This document shows, piece after piece, positions 46,696 to 58,100 of a DNA stretch of 64,000 nucleotides. The stretch covers positions 73,201 to 137,200 of the forward strand of contig JAEEQE010000002.1 of the NCBI GenBank assembly GCA_016285145.1. The letters are read 5' to 3'. Position numbers and translations under genes: made by a program. Every line of letters starts with the position of its first letter. Within the stretch, counting starts at the first letter, position 1. The notes under the pieces were generated by a model. It had not been told where the DNA came from and did no database searches. It saw nothing but the letters and a program-made list of their open reading frames with translations. Source of the DNA: Bacteroidales bacterium. GTDB taxonomy: Bacteria > Bacteroidota > Bacteroidia > Bacteroidales > WCHB1-69.

Positions 46696-46720
46696 CACGC
46701 TCTAAAAAAATCACAAAACA

Positions 46721-48481
46721 ATGTTAAGAACACATACTTGCGGCGAGCTGACTATCGCCAACGTACAGCAGGAAGTCACCCTTTGCGGGTGGATACAGAA
46801 GATACGCCATCTGGGTGGCATGATTTTCATCGATTTGCGTGACCGTTACGGCATTACCCAATTGGCATTCAATCATGAGGCGAAGCCGGAGCTTTGCGAA
46901 AAAGTGGAGAAGATGGGTCGTGAATGGGTGATCCGCATTACCGGAACCGTCATTGAACGATACAGCAAGAACAAGAATATCCCCACCGGTGACATTGAAA
47001 TTGATGTGCAGGATGTGGAGGTGCTGAACGAATCCATCGTTCCGCCGTTCACCATTGAGGACGTGTCCGACGGCGGCGACGAGCTCCGCATGAAATACCG
47101 TTATCTGGATATTCGCCGCACGCCGGTGAAAAACAATCTGATCTTCCGCCATCGGCTGGGATTGGAAATCCGTAAATACCTGAGCGAGCACGGTTTCCTT
47201 GAAATAGAAACACCGTTCCTTGTGAATAGCACTCCCGAGGGGGCCCGCGACTTTCTCGTGCCCTCGCGTATGAACCAGGGCGAGTTCTACGCCCTGCCGC
47301 AGTCGCCGCAGACACTCAAGCAGCTGCTGATGATCTCTGGCATGGACCGTTATTTCCAGATTGTGCGCTGCTTCCGCGATGAGGATCTCCGTGCCGACCG
47401 CCAGCCTGAGTTCACCCAGATCGACTGTGAGATGTCGTTTATCGAACAAGAGGACATCCTCAACATTTTTGAGGGTTTGGTAAAACATATATTCAAGACT
47501 TTCAAACAGATGGAAATTGGCCCGATTGAACGCATCACATGGGCCGATGCCATGAAATACTACGGCTCCGACAAGCCCGATGCCCGTTTCGGGATGCGTT
47601 TTGTGGAGCTCAACGACCTGCTTCAACACAAGGATTTCAAGGTGTTCAACGAGGCTGAGTTGGTAGTGGGTATCAAGGCCGACGGTTGCGGCAACTACTC
47701 CCGCAAGCAGCTGGACGGTCTGGTGGAGTTTGTGAAGAGCCCGCACGTGGGTGCCGGCGGTCTGGTGTATGTGCTCTGTAACGCCGATGGCACGTTCAAA
47801 TCCTCCGTGGACAAGTTCTACACCCAGGAAGATCTGAAAGCCGTGGCCGAACGTTTCGAAGCCAAGCCCGGCGACCTGCTGCTCATCATGTCCGGCAAGG
47901 CTATGAAGACGCGTCAGCAGCTTTGTGCCCTGCGCTTAGAGATGGGCAATCGTTTGGGATTGCGCAAGGCCGGCGAGTATAAAATCCTCTGGGTGATTGA
48001 CTTCCCCTTGCTGGAGTGGGACGAGGAGACGCAACGTTTCTACGCTATGCACCATCCGTTCACCGCGCCCAAGCCCGAGCATGAGGCTATGCTGGAGAGC
48101 AATCCCGGCGCAGTCAACGCCAACGCCTACGACTTGGTCATCAACGGGTCCGAGATCGGCGGGGGCTCCATCCGTATCCACAACCCCGAATTGCAGAAGC
48201 GCATGTTCAAGGCGCTTAACTTCACGGATGAGCAGGCGCAGAGCCAGTTCGGCTTCCTGATCGACGCTTTCAAGTACGGTGCTCCCCCGCACGGTGGCAT
48301 CGCCTTCGGCTTCGACCGTCTTTGCGCCGTGTTGTCGGACTGCGATTCCATTCGCGACTTCATTGCCTTCCCCAAAAACAATGCCGGTCGCGACACCATG
48401 CTGCCCGCGCCCACGCCGATCAACCCGGCCCAGTTAGACGAACTGAACATTGCCATTAAAAACCCCGACAATGCAAAATAA
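46721..48481 (+). CDS. aspS: aspartate--tRNA ligase
   Basis: [11 protein letters not shown]..., class II motifs [18 protein letters not shown] and GGGSIRIH, and GFDRL. 586 aa. Confidence 0.93.
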   Translation: MLRTHTCGELTIANVQQEVTLCGWIQKIRHLGGMIFIDLRDRYGITQLAFNHEAKPELCEKVEKMGREWVIRITGTVIERYSKNKNIPTGDIEIDVQDVEVLNESIVPPFTIEDVSDGGDELRMKYRYLDIRRTPVKNNLIFRHRLGLEIRKYLSEHGFLEIETPFLVNSTPEGARDFLVPSRMNQGEFYALPQSPQTLKQLLMISGMDRYFQIVRCFRDEDLRADRQPEFTQIDCEMSFIEQEDILNIFEGLVKHIFKTFKQMEIGPIERITWADAMKYYGSDKPDARFGMRFVELNDLLQHKDFKVFNEAELVVGIKADGCGNYSRKQLDGLVEFVKSPHVGAGGLVYVLCNADGTFKSSVDKFYTQEDLKAVAERFEAKPGDLLLIMSGKAMKTRQQLCALRLEMGNRLGLRKAGEYKILWVIDFPLLEWDEETQRFYAMHHPFTAPKPEHEAMLESNPGAVNANAYDLVINGSEIGGGSIRIHNPELQKRMFKALNFTDEQAQSQFGFLIDAFKYGAPPHGGIAFGFDRLCAVLSDCDSIRDFIAFPKNNAGRDTMLPAPTPINPAQLDELNIAIKNPDNAK

Positions 48482-49499
48482 CAACACCTATAACTCGTTC
48501 AGCTTAGTGCAGTTTCTTTGGAAATGGCGCAAATGGCTGCTCATCATCTGCGGTGTCACCTTCGTGCTTTCCGCTGTCTGTTCTTGTTTTATAAAACCCA
48601 AGTTCAAATCCACAGCCACCATCTACGCGCCGCGCACCAACTCCACCGCCAAAATCCTGCTCAACGAGCAGAACTACAACGAGCGCTTGGATATCAAAGC
48701 GTATGCCATCGAGGCGGAGACCGAGCAGATGATGCAGCTGCTGGATGCCCAGGAGATCAAGGATTCGCTGATCGCCAAGTACAACCTGGCGGAGGCGTAC
48801 GGCATTGACACGAAGAGCAAAGGCTGGAAAACCCGCTTGAACAAGACGTTGATGGGCAATATGACCATCAAGCGCACGGACTATGGGGCCATCGACATCT
48901 CCGTGGCCGACTGGGACGCGCAGCGGGCATGCAACATGACAATGGATATCCTGCGTTATATCGACACGCTGAAAAACCGTGTGGAACGGGAACGCTCACT
49001 GGCCGCCTACCGCATTCTCCAACACCAGGTGGACTCGGTGGACAACGAAATCCAACGCTGCGAGGATTCTCTGCGCGTGTGCATGGAAAACGGCGTCTTC
49101 GACTTCGAATACCAGTCGGAGCGACTGATGCAACAGTATGCCATTGCAGTGGCCCAAGGCAATACCGCCGCCCTCAACCGCCTGAAAGCCGAACAGGAAA
49201 AATTGGCCGAATGGGGCCCTAAGGTGGTGATCCTGCGTGAGCTGATTGAGAATTTCAGCAAATACCAGTCCATGTGCCGTCAGAAGATGATGGATGCCCG
49301 TGTGGACATGGAGAACGAGATTCCAGTCAAATTCGTGGTCAACAGCCCGCAGGTGGCCGACAAGAAATTCTATCCCAAACGCTCCCTTGTGGTGCTGGTG
49401 TCCACCTTCTGCGTCCTTGTCATCTCGGTGTTTGTCTTATTAATGATTGAAAAAATTGAAGAGAAACCTTCTGTCAAGGTTGAAGAATCTGTTGAATAG
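48471..49499 (+). CDS. Wzz-like polysaccharide co-polymerase (chain-length determinant) family protein
   Basis: The internal ATG at 48471 overlaps the aspS 3' end by 11 nt. The N-terminal TM segment ([19 protein letters not shown]) is followed by [11 protein letters not shown], a long coiled-coil region and a C-terminal TM segment ([21 protein letters not shown]). This is the PCP/Wzz topology. Confidence 0.6.
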   Translation: MQNNNTYNSFSLVQFLWKWRKWLLIICGVTFVLSAVCSCFIKPKFKSTATIYAPRTNSTAKILLNEQNYNERLDIKAYAIEAETEQMMQLLDAQEIKDSLIAKYNLAEAYGIDTKSKGWKTRLNKTLMGNMTIKRTDYGAIDISVADWDAQRACNMTMDILRYIDTLKNRVERERSLAAYRILQHQVDSVDNEIQRCEDSLRVCMENGVFDFEYQSERLMQQYAIAVAQGNTAALNRLKAEQEKLAEWGPKVVILRELIENFSKYQSMCRQKMMDARVDMENEIPVKFVVNSPQVADKKFYPKRSLVVLVSTFCVLVISVFVLLMIEKIEEKPSVKVEESVE

Positions 49500-50952
49500 G
49501 CTTGGCCGTGAAAAGAGTGTCTTCTTAGGCATTATCTTATTGCTGCTGATTTTCAACTGTTATGCCATCTATAAGGAGAAACCGCTGATTCCGCTCCTTA
49601 CAGGGGCGCTGGTGCTGGTGTACCTGCTGGTTTTCCATGTGGACTGGACCATGTACCTGATGGCCCTCTCCACACCGTTTTCCGTCATCATGGACATCCA
49701 GGACAAGCATTTGGGACTCTCCTTGCCATCGGAGGCGTTCATGATTTCGCTGACGTTCATTTTCTTCTGTCGTATTTTATATGATTGGTATTTAGACCGA
49801 AAGCTGCTTACCCATCCCATTTCCATTGTTCTCTACGTATATCTGCTGTGGATGTTCCTGACGTGCATTACCAGTGAGATCCCGTTGGTGTCGTTCAAGT
49901 TCTGGGCCTCCAAAATCTGGTTCACCACCTCTTGTTACTGGATGCTGATCCAGCTGATGAAGGACGACATGCGTAATATGGTCCGCTATTTCAATTGCTA
50001 TGCGATAGGCTTGGCCTGTATTGTGCTCATTACCACATACAAACACGCCTTGAGCGGCTTCGACGACCGGTACGCGCACTGGGTGATGAGTCCGTTTTAC
50101 AACGACCATACCGCGTACGGGGCTGTGCTGGCCTTTTTTCTGCCCATCACGGCATGTTGCTTCTTTTTGCCAAACAACAACCTGTGGCAGAAGCTGTTTT
50201 ATGCGGGGTTGACCGCTCTTTTCTTCCTCGGCTTTTATCTTTCGTTCAGTCGCGCCGCCTGGATCAGCCTCGTCATCGCCATTGGCGTTTTTATTATTTT
50301 GAAACTGAAAATCAAACTCTCATGGCTGGTCGTGGCTGCCGCCATTCTCGGGGGGGCGTTTTATTTTTATGCGGATGACATTTTGTATAAAATGAGCAGA
50401 AACAGTCAGGATTCGTCAGGAAAATTGGTGGAGCAGCTGCAGTCGGTGTCCAACATCACCACGGATGCGTCCAATGTGGAACGTCTGAACCGCTGGAATG
50501 CCGCCTTTTCGATGATAAAGGAGCGTCCGTTGGTAGGGTGGGGGCCTGGTACCTATCAGTTTGAGTATGCCCCTTATCAGAAAAGCTATTTCAAAACCAT
50601 CATCACCACGGATTTCGGGGATGGCGGGAATGCGCACAGCGAATACATCGGCCCTTGCACCGAATCAGGAATCCCGGGGCTGCTCACCGTTCTTGCGTTG
50701 GTTTTCGTGAGCCTATACACAGGCATCCGCACGTACAACCGCACGGAGGACAGGACCGAAAAGCTGCTGGCCCTGATGATGACGCTGGCCCTCATCACCT
50801 ATTTTGTGCACGGTACATTGAACAATTTTCTGGATACCGACAAGTTGTCGCTGCCTTTCTGGGGCGCTTTTGCGGTTATCATGCTGTTGAATGTAAAAAT
50901 GCGGGAACGGATCAGTTCAGGCTCACCCTCGGATCCAGCCATCCGTAGATAA
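49447..50952 (+). CDS. O-antigen ligase / Wzy_C-family membrane protein
   Basis: It has at least 10 predicted TM segments, an SFSRAAWISLVIAIG motif, and a large loop with GNAHSEYIGPCTESGIPGL (the H-containing motif of WaaL/Wzy_C proteins). The start is uncertain: TTG at 49447 or 49492, with no in-frame ATG before the first TM segment. Confidence 0.7.
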   Translation: MKKLKRNLLSRLKNLLNRLGREKSVFLGIILLLLIFNCYAIYKEKPLIPLLTGALVLVYLLVFHVDWTMYLMALSTPFSVIMDIQDKHLGLSLPSEAFMISLTFIFFCRILYDWYLDRKLLTHPISIVLYVYLLWMFLTCITSEIPLVSFKFWASKIWFTTSCYWMLIQLMKDDMRNMVRYFNCYAIGLACIVLITTYKHALSGFDDRYAHWVMSPFYNDHTAYGAVLAFFLPITACCFFLPNNNLWQKLFYAGLTALFFLGFYLSFSRAAWISLVIAIGVFIILKLKIKLSWLVVAAAILGGAFYFYADDILYKMSRNSQDSSGKLVEQLQSVSNITTDASNVERLNRWNAAFSMIKERPLVGWGPGTYQFEYAPYQKSYFKTIITTDFGDGGNAHSEYIGPCTESGIPGLLTVLALVFVSLYTGIRTYNRTEDRTEKLLALMMTLALITYFVHGTLNNFLDTDKLSLPFWGAFAVIMLLNVKMRERISSGSPSDPAIRR

Positions 50953-51988
50953 TGTCACACAATATATTTATTATAATAAGGATGATGGAGACGTAGAGCA
51001 GCGAACCCATCACCACGGGGAAGTCGTACTTGTCGAGGGCATCAACGATGACTACGCCCATGCCTTTCCAGTCGAAGATGTATTCCACGAAGACCGCGCC
51101 AGCCAGCAGTCCGGCTAACCAGCCCGAGATGGCGGTGACAACGGGGTTGAGGGCGTTTTTCAGGGCGTGGCGGGTAATGATGACGCTCTTTTTGAGGCCT
51201 TTGGCTTTGGCTGTGCGGATATAGTCTTGCGACAGCACATCAAGAAGTGAGTTTTTGGTCAGTTCCACCACAACGGCTAATGGTCTGATTCCTAATGTGA
51301 TGGCGGGCAGGATGAGGTTTTTGAGGTCCAGATACTGGCCGGCGCCGTAGTCATCCACGGTATAGAGGCTGCCGAACATGCTCAGTCCGGTGATGTCGGA
51401 GAGCAGGAAGGCGAAAATCCAGGCTAAGAGGATGGCGGCGAAGAAGGAGGGCACCGACATGCCGAGGGTGGAGAACACCAGGGCCACGTGGTCGAACCAG
51501 GTGCCCTTGTAGAGGGCGCAGAAGATGCCGATGATGATGCCCACAATGAGGGCGAACACGATGGAGACGACAGCTAAGAGCACGGTTTTGGGAAACGCTT
51601 CGGCGATAATCTCCCCTACGGGGCGTTTGCTTTGGTAGGAGCGCCGCAGGTACGGGGTTTTGAGCACCACCGCCGATTTGCCCAACGGCAGTATTTTCAC
51701 GTAATGATAGTCGTTGTCGTCCAGATAGAAAAACGAATCCTTGTCTTGGGTTTTGTGCCATGAGATGGGGGCCACATCGTTAAGATAGGCCAGATATTGG
51801 ATGCCGACGGGCAGGTCGAGGCCCATCTCCTTGCGGATGGCCTCCTCGGTTTGCAAATCGCTGCGTTGGCCCATCATCATGCGTGCGGGGTCGGAGGGCA
51901 GCACGGTGAACAGGAAGAACACCAGCGTCACCACGCCGAGCATCAGCAGTAGGCCGTAACCGATCTTTTTGACAATATAACGTAGCAC
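50912..51988 (-). CDS. ABC transporter permease, DppB/OppB type (orphan; no partner ABC genes in the window)
   Basis: (M)LRYIVKKIGYGLLLMLGVVTLVFFL, EAA-loop region DYIRTAKAKGLKKSVIITRHALKNAL, and C-terminus ...YGWLDPRV. The start is GTG. Its 3' end overlaps the convergent O-antigen-ligase-like ORF by 41 nt. Confidence 0.8.
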   Translation of the reverse strand: MLRYIVKKIGYGLLLMLGVVTLVFFLFTVLPSDPARMMMGQRSDLQTEEAIRKEMGLDLPVGIQYLAYLNDVAPISWHKTQDKDSFFYLDDNDYHYVKILPLGKSAVVLKTPYLRRSYQSKRPVGEIIAEAFPKTVLLAVVSIVFALIVGIIIGIFCALYKGTWFDHVALVFSTLGMSVPSFFAAILLAWIFAFLLSDITGLSMFGSLYTVDDYGAGQYLDLKNLILPAITLGIRPLAVVVELTKNSLLDVLSQDYIRTAKAKGLKKSVIITRHALKNALNPVVTAISGWLAGLLAGAVFVEYIFDWKGMGVVIVDALDKYDFPVVMGSLLYVSIILIIINILCDIIYGWLDPRVSLN

Positions 51989-52064
51989 GGCGGCAAAGAT
52001 ACAATTTTTAGAAAAAAAACACCAATAATGTCAATATGGTTAATGTAGTATAGGAATATTTTTA

Positions 52065-52072
52065 TACTTTTG
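52065..52072 (+). promoter_or_regulatory. candidate -7 box (TACTTTTG) for giant gene B
   Basis: TAnnTTTG match 58 nt upstream of the ATG at 52131. Confidence 0.45.
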
Positions 52073-52130
52073 CAACTTGATTTTCGTCAAAAAAAGACAA
52101 TTCTTTTATTAATAGTTAAAATTGAAGCTT

Positions 52131-55100
52131 ATGAAAAAGTTTTTATTGGTATTAATGTTGTTTTGTACCAGTATGTTCACGCTCAAGTTATCGGCTCAGA
52201 TGACTTTGACCGTGGCGGACGGAACGACGACAAACAGTTACGTTCCTGTGTATGGTTTTTATATGGATGCTTACCTCCGTGCACAGATCATCTATCCTTC
52301 AAGTATGATGGCAGGCATGACGGGTAGCACCATCAACCAAATGACATTCTATTTGTCACAAAGTCCGTCAGATACATGGACAACAGTCATGCATGTGAAA
52401 ATGGGAATTAGTTCCGATGCGACGTTTTCGGGTACTGCTTTCTTGCCCGCTCCCTCAGAGACCGTTTATACGGGTACGCTGACGGTGGCGAACGGACAGA
52501 TGACCGTTACTTTTTCCAACCCGTTTGTATATACGGGTGGCAATCTGTTAGTGGAATTTGTCACGCAATCTGAAGGTAATTATTCTTCCGCTTATTTTTA
52601 TGGAATATCTTCTACCGGATCGTCTTTGCAGGGATACAGCTATACTGATGTGGCTTCAATTTCTCCCTCATCAAGAGACTTTATTCCCAAGACAACATTT
52701 ACGTATGCTCAGATGTCTTTGACATGTCCCAGTCCGTCGGACCTGATGGTGTCGGATATTACCAGCACGGAGGCCACGTTCTCCTGGACCACAGGCGGTA
52801 CGGAAACCACATGGGATGTGTTTTTGACCGATAGCATCATGCAACCTGACAGCAATACTGTTCCTACAGACATTGCAACGGACACGTTCTACACTTTTTA
52901 CAATCTTATCCCCAACACGGTTTACCACGCGTATGTCCGCGCCAACTGCGGTGGCGGCGATTACAGCTATTGGCGTTCCACCACATTCCGCACCAACTGT
53001 TCCAGTGAGATAGTTATTCCTTACTTGGAGGATTTCGAGAATGACGGTACTGGCGCAGGCGCCCACCCGATTTGTTGGAATATGGTTTCCAATGCCGCTC
53101 CCGCCAATCAACCTTATATCTATACTGTGAACCATACAAGCGGATCCAACTCCCTGTATATCAATAGCACACCTTCCGAATACACCTATATGGTCCTTCC
53201 GGCGGTGGAGAGCAGCTATTCCATGAACCAGATGATGCTGACGTTCGACTATGCCCGTTTGAATGCCAACTACAACACCAAATTGATTGTTGGTGTTATG
53301 GAGGATGATTCCACTATCAGCACATTTGTACCGGTAGATACTCTCATGCCAGAAAGTAGCACATATTGGCTTTCTGCGGAAGTCTATTTCGACAACTACA
53401 CAGGCACAGGCCGAAATATCGCCATTTTGACGGATGGTCGTCATCAGCTGACCAACAACACCTTCTGTTTGGACTATCTGGAGGTGAAACCTGTTCCCAG
53501 CTGCCGCCGTCCCGGCAACGTTCATATCGTGTCCTCCAGCGAGGGAAGTGTCACCATTGAATGGGACGGGAATGCCAACCAATATGAGATTTCCTTTGTT
53601 GATACCCTCGGATTGGATCCGGATTCCATTGGCAATTTGGGTTTCAGCTATATTAGCACGAGCAACAACCCCTACACATTCTCCAACTTGATTAGTGGTA
53701 AGGAGTATGATTTCTTTGTCAGAGGGGTGTGCGGCAACGATCGTAGTGAATGGAGCGACCGTTTGCGTTTCATCGCTCCGTGTGGTGAAATCACCAGTTT
53801 GCCGTATGTGCAGACGTTTGACATAGAGGCAAACGGTGCACGTCCGGAGTGTATGACGACGATTTCCAATTCCTATGTCAACGTTCCGAATGTGTCGAAC
53901 CATACGCTCTATTTCTATACACAGAATAACAATACCCAGTATGCGGTCTTCCGTCCGCTGGCCTCCAGCATAACTGTTTCAGACTTGGAGATGAAATTCA
54001 AGGGTTATACGGCTACTTCGGGTCAGATGATCAAAGTGGGTGTGATGACCGATCCTTTCGACGAATCCACGTTTGAATTGGTGGAGACGTTCATGCCTTC
54101 CGCCACCAGCACTTGGGAAGACCATACCACGTTCTTCGACAACTATACAGGCAATGGGAAATATATTGCCTTCTGTTACGCCAATCCCACCTCTGTCTAT
54201 TCATTTTATGTTGACTCGGTGGTAATTGACAACATGGCCACTTGTTTTGTCCCGCGCAATGTCGAGGCAAACAATGTTACAGGTTCTTCTGCCTACCTTA
54301 CGTGGGAGCCGGGTCTCCGCGAGTTGCAGACCAATTACACGTTGGAATATAGTGAACAGGGTCAAAACCAGTGGACACCGGTCACGGTGAATGATAACAA
54401 CTATCTGTTGGGTGGTCTTACGCAGGTTACGGCTTACGAGGTACGTGTGCGTTCCAACTGTCCGCTTTCCAATTCGGATTATGTTTATGTCAATTTCGTT
54501 ACAGGCTGTAATGCCGGCGGTGAGGTGACCGTTGGAAATGGTACAACAACAGAATACTACTATCCTGTCAATAATTATTATAATTATACTTACACACAAC
54601 AGCTTTTCTTGGCCTCTGAGTTGAATGGAGCCGCTGATTTCCACAGCATTGCTTTTGATTATGCCTATGCAACGCCTTCGACTGCCAAAACAAGTGTGAA
54701 CATTTATCTTGGCCATACGCCGGCCACCACGCTCACCACGTCTGATTTGGTGCCGTTCGACAGTTTGCATTTAGTGTATAGCGGTCCGCTGAACTGCCAA
54801 CAAGGCTGGAACACCTTTAATTTCGATTCCATTTTCCATTACAACGGCACCGACAACCTGGTGGTGGCGGTAGATGATAATTCCGGTGACTATGATGGTA
54901 ACTCTTACACCTTCCATGCACACGATGCCGGAGGCACCCGCACCGTGTACTACTATTCCGATTCAAACAATCCCGATCCTCAAAACCCGTCCAGTTTCTC
55001 CGGTAGCAAATCAACGGCCAGCAATCGCAGCAACGTCATCTTTGGTGGCAACTGCGACAGCACGGCTACCTGTATTGCGCCGAACGTGATCGTCAACAAT

Positions 55101-58100
55101 ATCACGGATGTAACGGCTGATGTGCAGATTGCCGCCGGCACCACGGAGACCTCTTGGACAGTGGAATACAAGACCGATGCAGATACCCTATGGACATCTT
55201 TGGGTTCGGTGAATGCAAGCAGTATTCCGGTGACATTGACCAGTTTGACCCCCAACACCCTTTATAATGTGCGGGTACAATCCAATTGCTCGCCCACGGA
55301 AAGCAGCGACTGGGCGACAACCTCTTTCACCACGGAATGTGCTGTTATTTCGCAGCTGTCTTACACCGAGAATTTTGACAGCTACACAACTTCGGGTTCC
55401 GGTGCTTATCCCGACTGCTGGCACATTTTGAGCAACTATTCCTCTTCAAATTATCCTTATTTGAGTACCATATCTTCAGGTGCAGGTACGCGCAGCCTCT
55501 ATATCTACAGCACGGGTAATTACTACTCCGCCGCTATTCTTCCTACCATCGATGCCACCTTGATTCAAATCAACCAGACGATGCTTTCTATGAAATTGAG
55601 AAAGACTTCAAACAATTATTTTATCAAAGTTGGTGTTCTGTCTGATCTCACCGATTTCAATACATTCGAAGAGGTGGCCGTTTTGAGTCCGCAGACAACG
55701 AATGATTGGGAGCAGTTCTTTGTTTCTTTTGGTAATTATACGGGTACAGGCACTTATATTGCGTTGGTCAGTTACAATGAAGCGGGTCTTGCCTCTTACA
55801 TGTATGTGGATGAGGTGGCGTTGGAAGATCTTCCAAACTGTTTTGTTCCCACTTCTCTCACGGTGACAGAAGTAACACAGTCGTCCATTTCACTGCAATG
55901 GAATGGAAACGGAGCACAAGAGTTTGAGGTGGTGGCTGTTCCTTCCGGTTCTACCCTTGCGAATGAAATTGACAATGGCAATATCATTTCGGCATACGAT
56001 GATTCCATTACGGTGACCAATTTGATTTCCAGTACTTTGTACACCATTTATGTGCGTAGCAACTGTGGTTTCGAAAGCAGTTCATGGGCTAACACCACGG
56101 CCAGAACCGTCCAGGTGCCCGCCGCACTTCCTTGGGAATGTGATTTTGAGAGCAACAACCCTGGTTTCGACTTCGTGAATGGTTCGTCCAGCAACAAATG
56201 GTGCATCGGTACGGCTACCAACAACGGAGGAACACACTCGTTGTACATCTCCAACGACAATGGTGTCAGCAATACCTATACCAGCAACAGTTCTGCTGTT
56301 TGGGCGTATCGTGACATCTATTTCCCGGCTTGTCCCGATGGTTATATCTTCAGTTTCGATTGGAAATCGACAGGTGAAAGTTCTTTTGACTACATGATGG
56401 TGTTTTTAGGAGATCCTGTTGATATAGCTCCTAACAGTACGGGTGCTCCGGCGGGTTCCATAACGATGACAGCCGGTACCAATTCGTCGTATCCTACCTA
56501 TTTCAACACGAACAGCAGTTATTTGACTTTCAACACCACGATACCCGGAATGACCACAGGTGCGATCAAGAGACTTTTCTTCTACTGGCGTGATGACTCG
56601 TCTGTACAGAACAACCCGCCCGCTTCCGTGGACAATATCAGCATTACGCCCATTTATTGTACGGCCCCGAGCAACCTTACGATAACCAATGTGGGTACGG
56701 ATGGCGCCACCTTGACTTGGACCACGCCTGCCACTGTCAACAACTGTGTGGTCTATTACAAATCGGATGAGGATACCGCTTGGACAATAGAGAATACCGC
56801 TTCTTCGCCTTACACCCTCAGCGGTCTGATGCAAAGCACGCACTACACTGTGCGCGTGGCTTCGGATTGCGGCGACGGCGAACATGTCAGCCCGGTTATT
56901 TCCGGAACATTTACCACCATTTGCGACTGCTCGCCGGTGGAGAATCTGACCGTGAGCCAAATAGTGGGTACTTCTGCTATGCTGACATGGAGTAATGGTC
57001 CTAACGGTACGGCGTCTTCCTACACAGTGGAATATTCCGAAGCCAACCAGAACAACTGGATTCCCGCTGCCACCAACCTCACCACTCCCATGTACCTGTT
57101 GGGCGGCCTTGATCCCGGCACGGCTTACGACGTGCGCGTGAAAGTGTTCTGCAACGACAATACTGAAAGTATTTGGATTGTTGAACATTTCATCACGGGA
57201 TGTTTGGCCGGTGGAGAAGTTGCAGTCGGTAACGGAACCAACGTAGAAAGCTATTTCCCGTGCTACTCTTGTTATAACTACTGTCTGACTGAACAGTTGT
57301 ACATCTCTTCCGAAATCGGTGGTGCCGGCAATATAAGATCCATTTCATTCAACGCCTCTTCTGTGACGGCCACTCCCAGAAACTGGGCTGTTTATCTGAT
57401 GCCGACCACCCAAACCTCATTGACAGGCTTTGTCAATATGGGTACGACAGCCGTGAAGGTATATGAAGGACCCGTGAACATCACCGAAGGATGGTTCACC
57501 ATTAACTTCACCACCCTGTTCCCGTATGATGGCACTTCAAACCTGATTCTTGCTATTGACGACAACACGGGATCTTGGACGTGTTCGAATTCATTTTACA
57601 ATCATGTAAATCCTCACGGTAACAGTTATTACTATTATATCGATGATGCGTCATTGAATCCCAATCCTTCCAGCGCAACATCCAGTTCACCCTCAAGCTC
57701 CACCTATCGGGCAAATGTCATTTTCGGCATGCCTTGCGATAGCAATGCTACTTGTGTAGCCCCGAACATGTATGTGAATAATGTCACTGCCTACTCGGCG
57801 GATGTCAACTGGGTGGCCGGTTATTTGGAAGGTGCATGGGAGATGGAGTATGCCCTTTACGGCGATTCTGTCTGGACGCCGGTGTCCAACCCGACTGGTT
57901 TCACTGCAGCTATTACCCAGCTTACTCCGGCCACGCACTATCAGGTGCGCATGCGTTCCGATTGTGGCAGTGAGTATAGTAGCTGGGTTTCGGCTGATTT
58001 CACCACGGAGTGTGCTGCGTTCCCCATCCCGTTCAGCCAGAACTTCACAGCGCAGACCTATGGTAGCGATGTTTACCCGCAGTGCTGGACGCGTGATGAC

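Noticed and set aside
46556-46720. A T-box riboswitch upstream of aspS, suggested by a UGGC that could pair with the GCCA end of tRNA-Asp and a GAC triplet near the putative start
   Set aside because: At about 110 nt the element is far too short for a T-box, and it lacks a stem I, specifier loop or T-box sequence. T-boxes are not known in Bacteroidota, so the matches are most likely chance. The region is kept only as a generic structured-RNA candidate.
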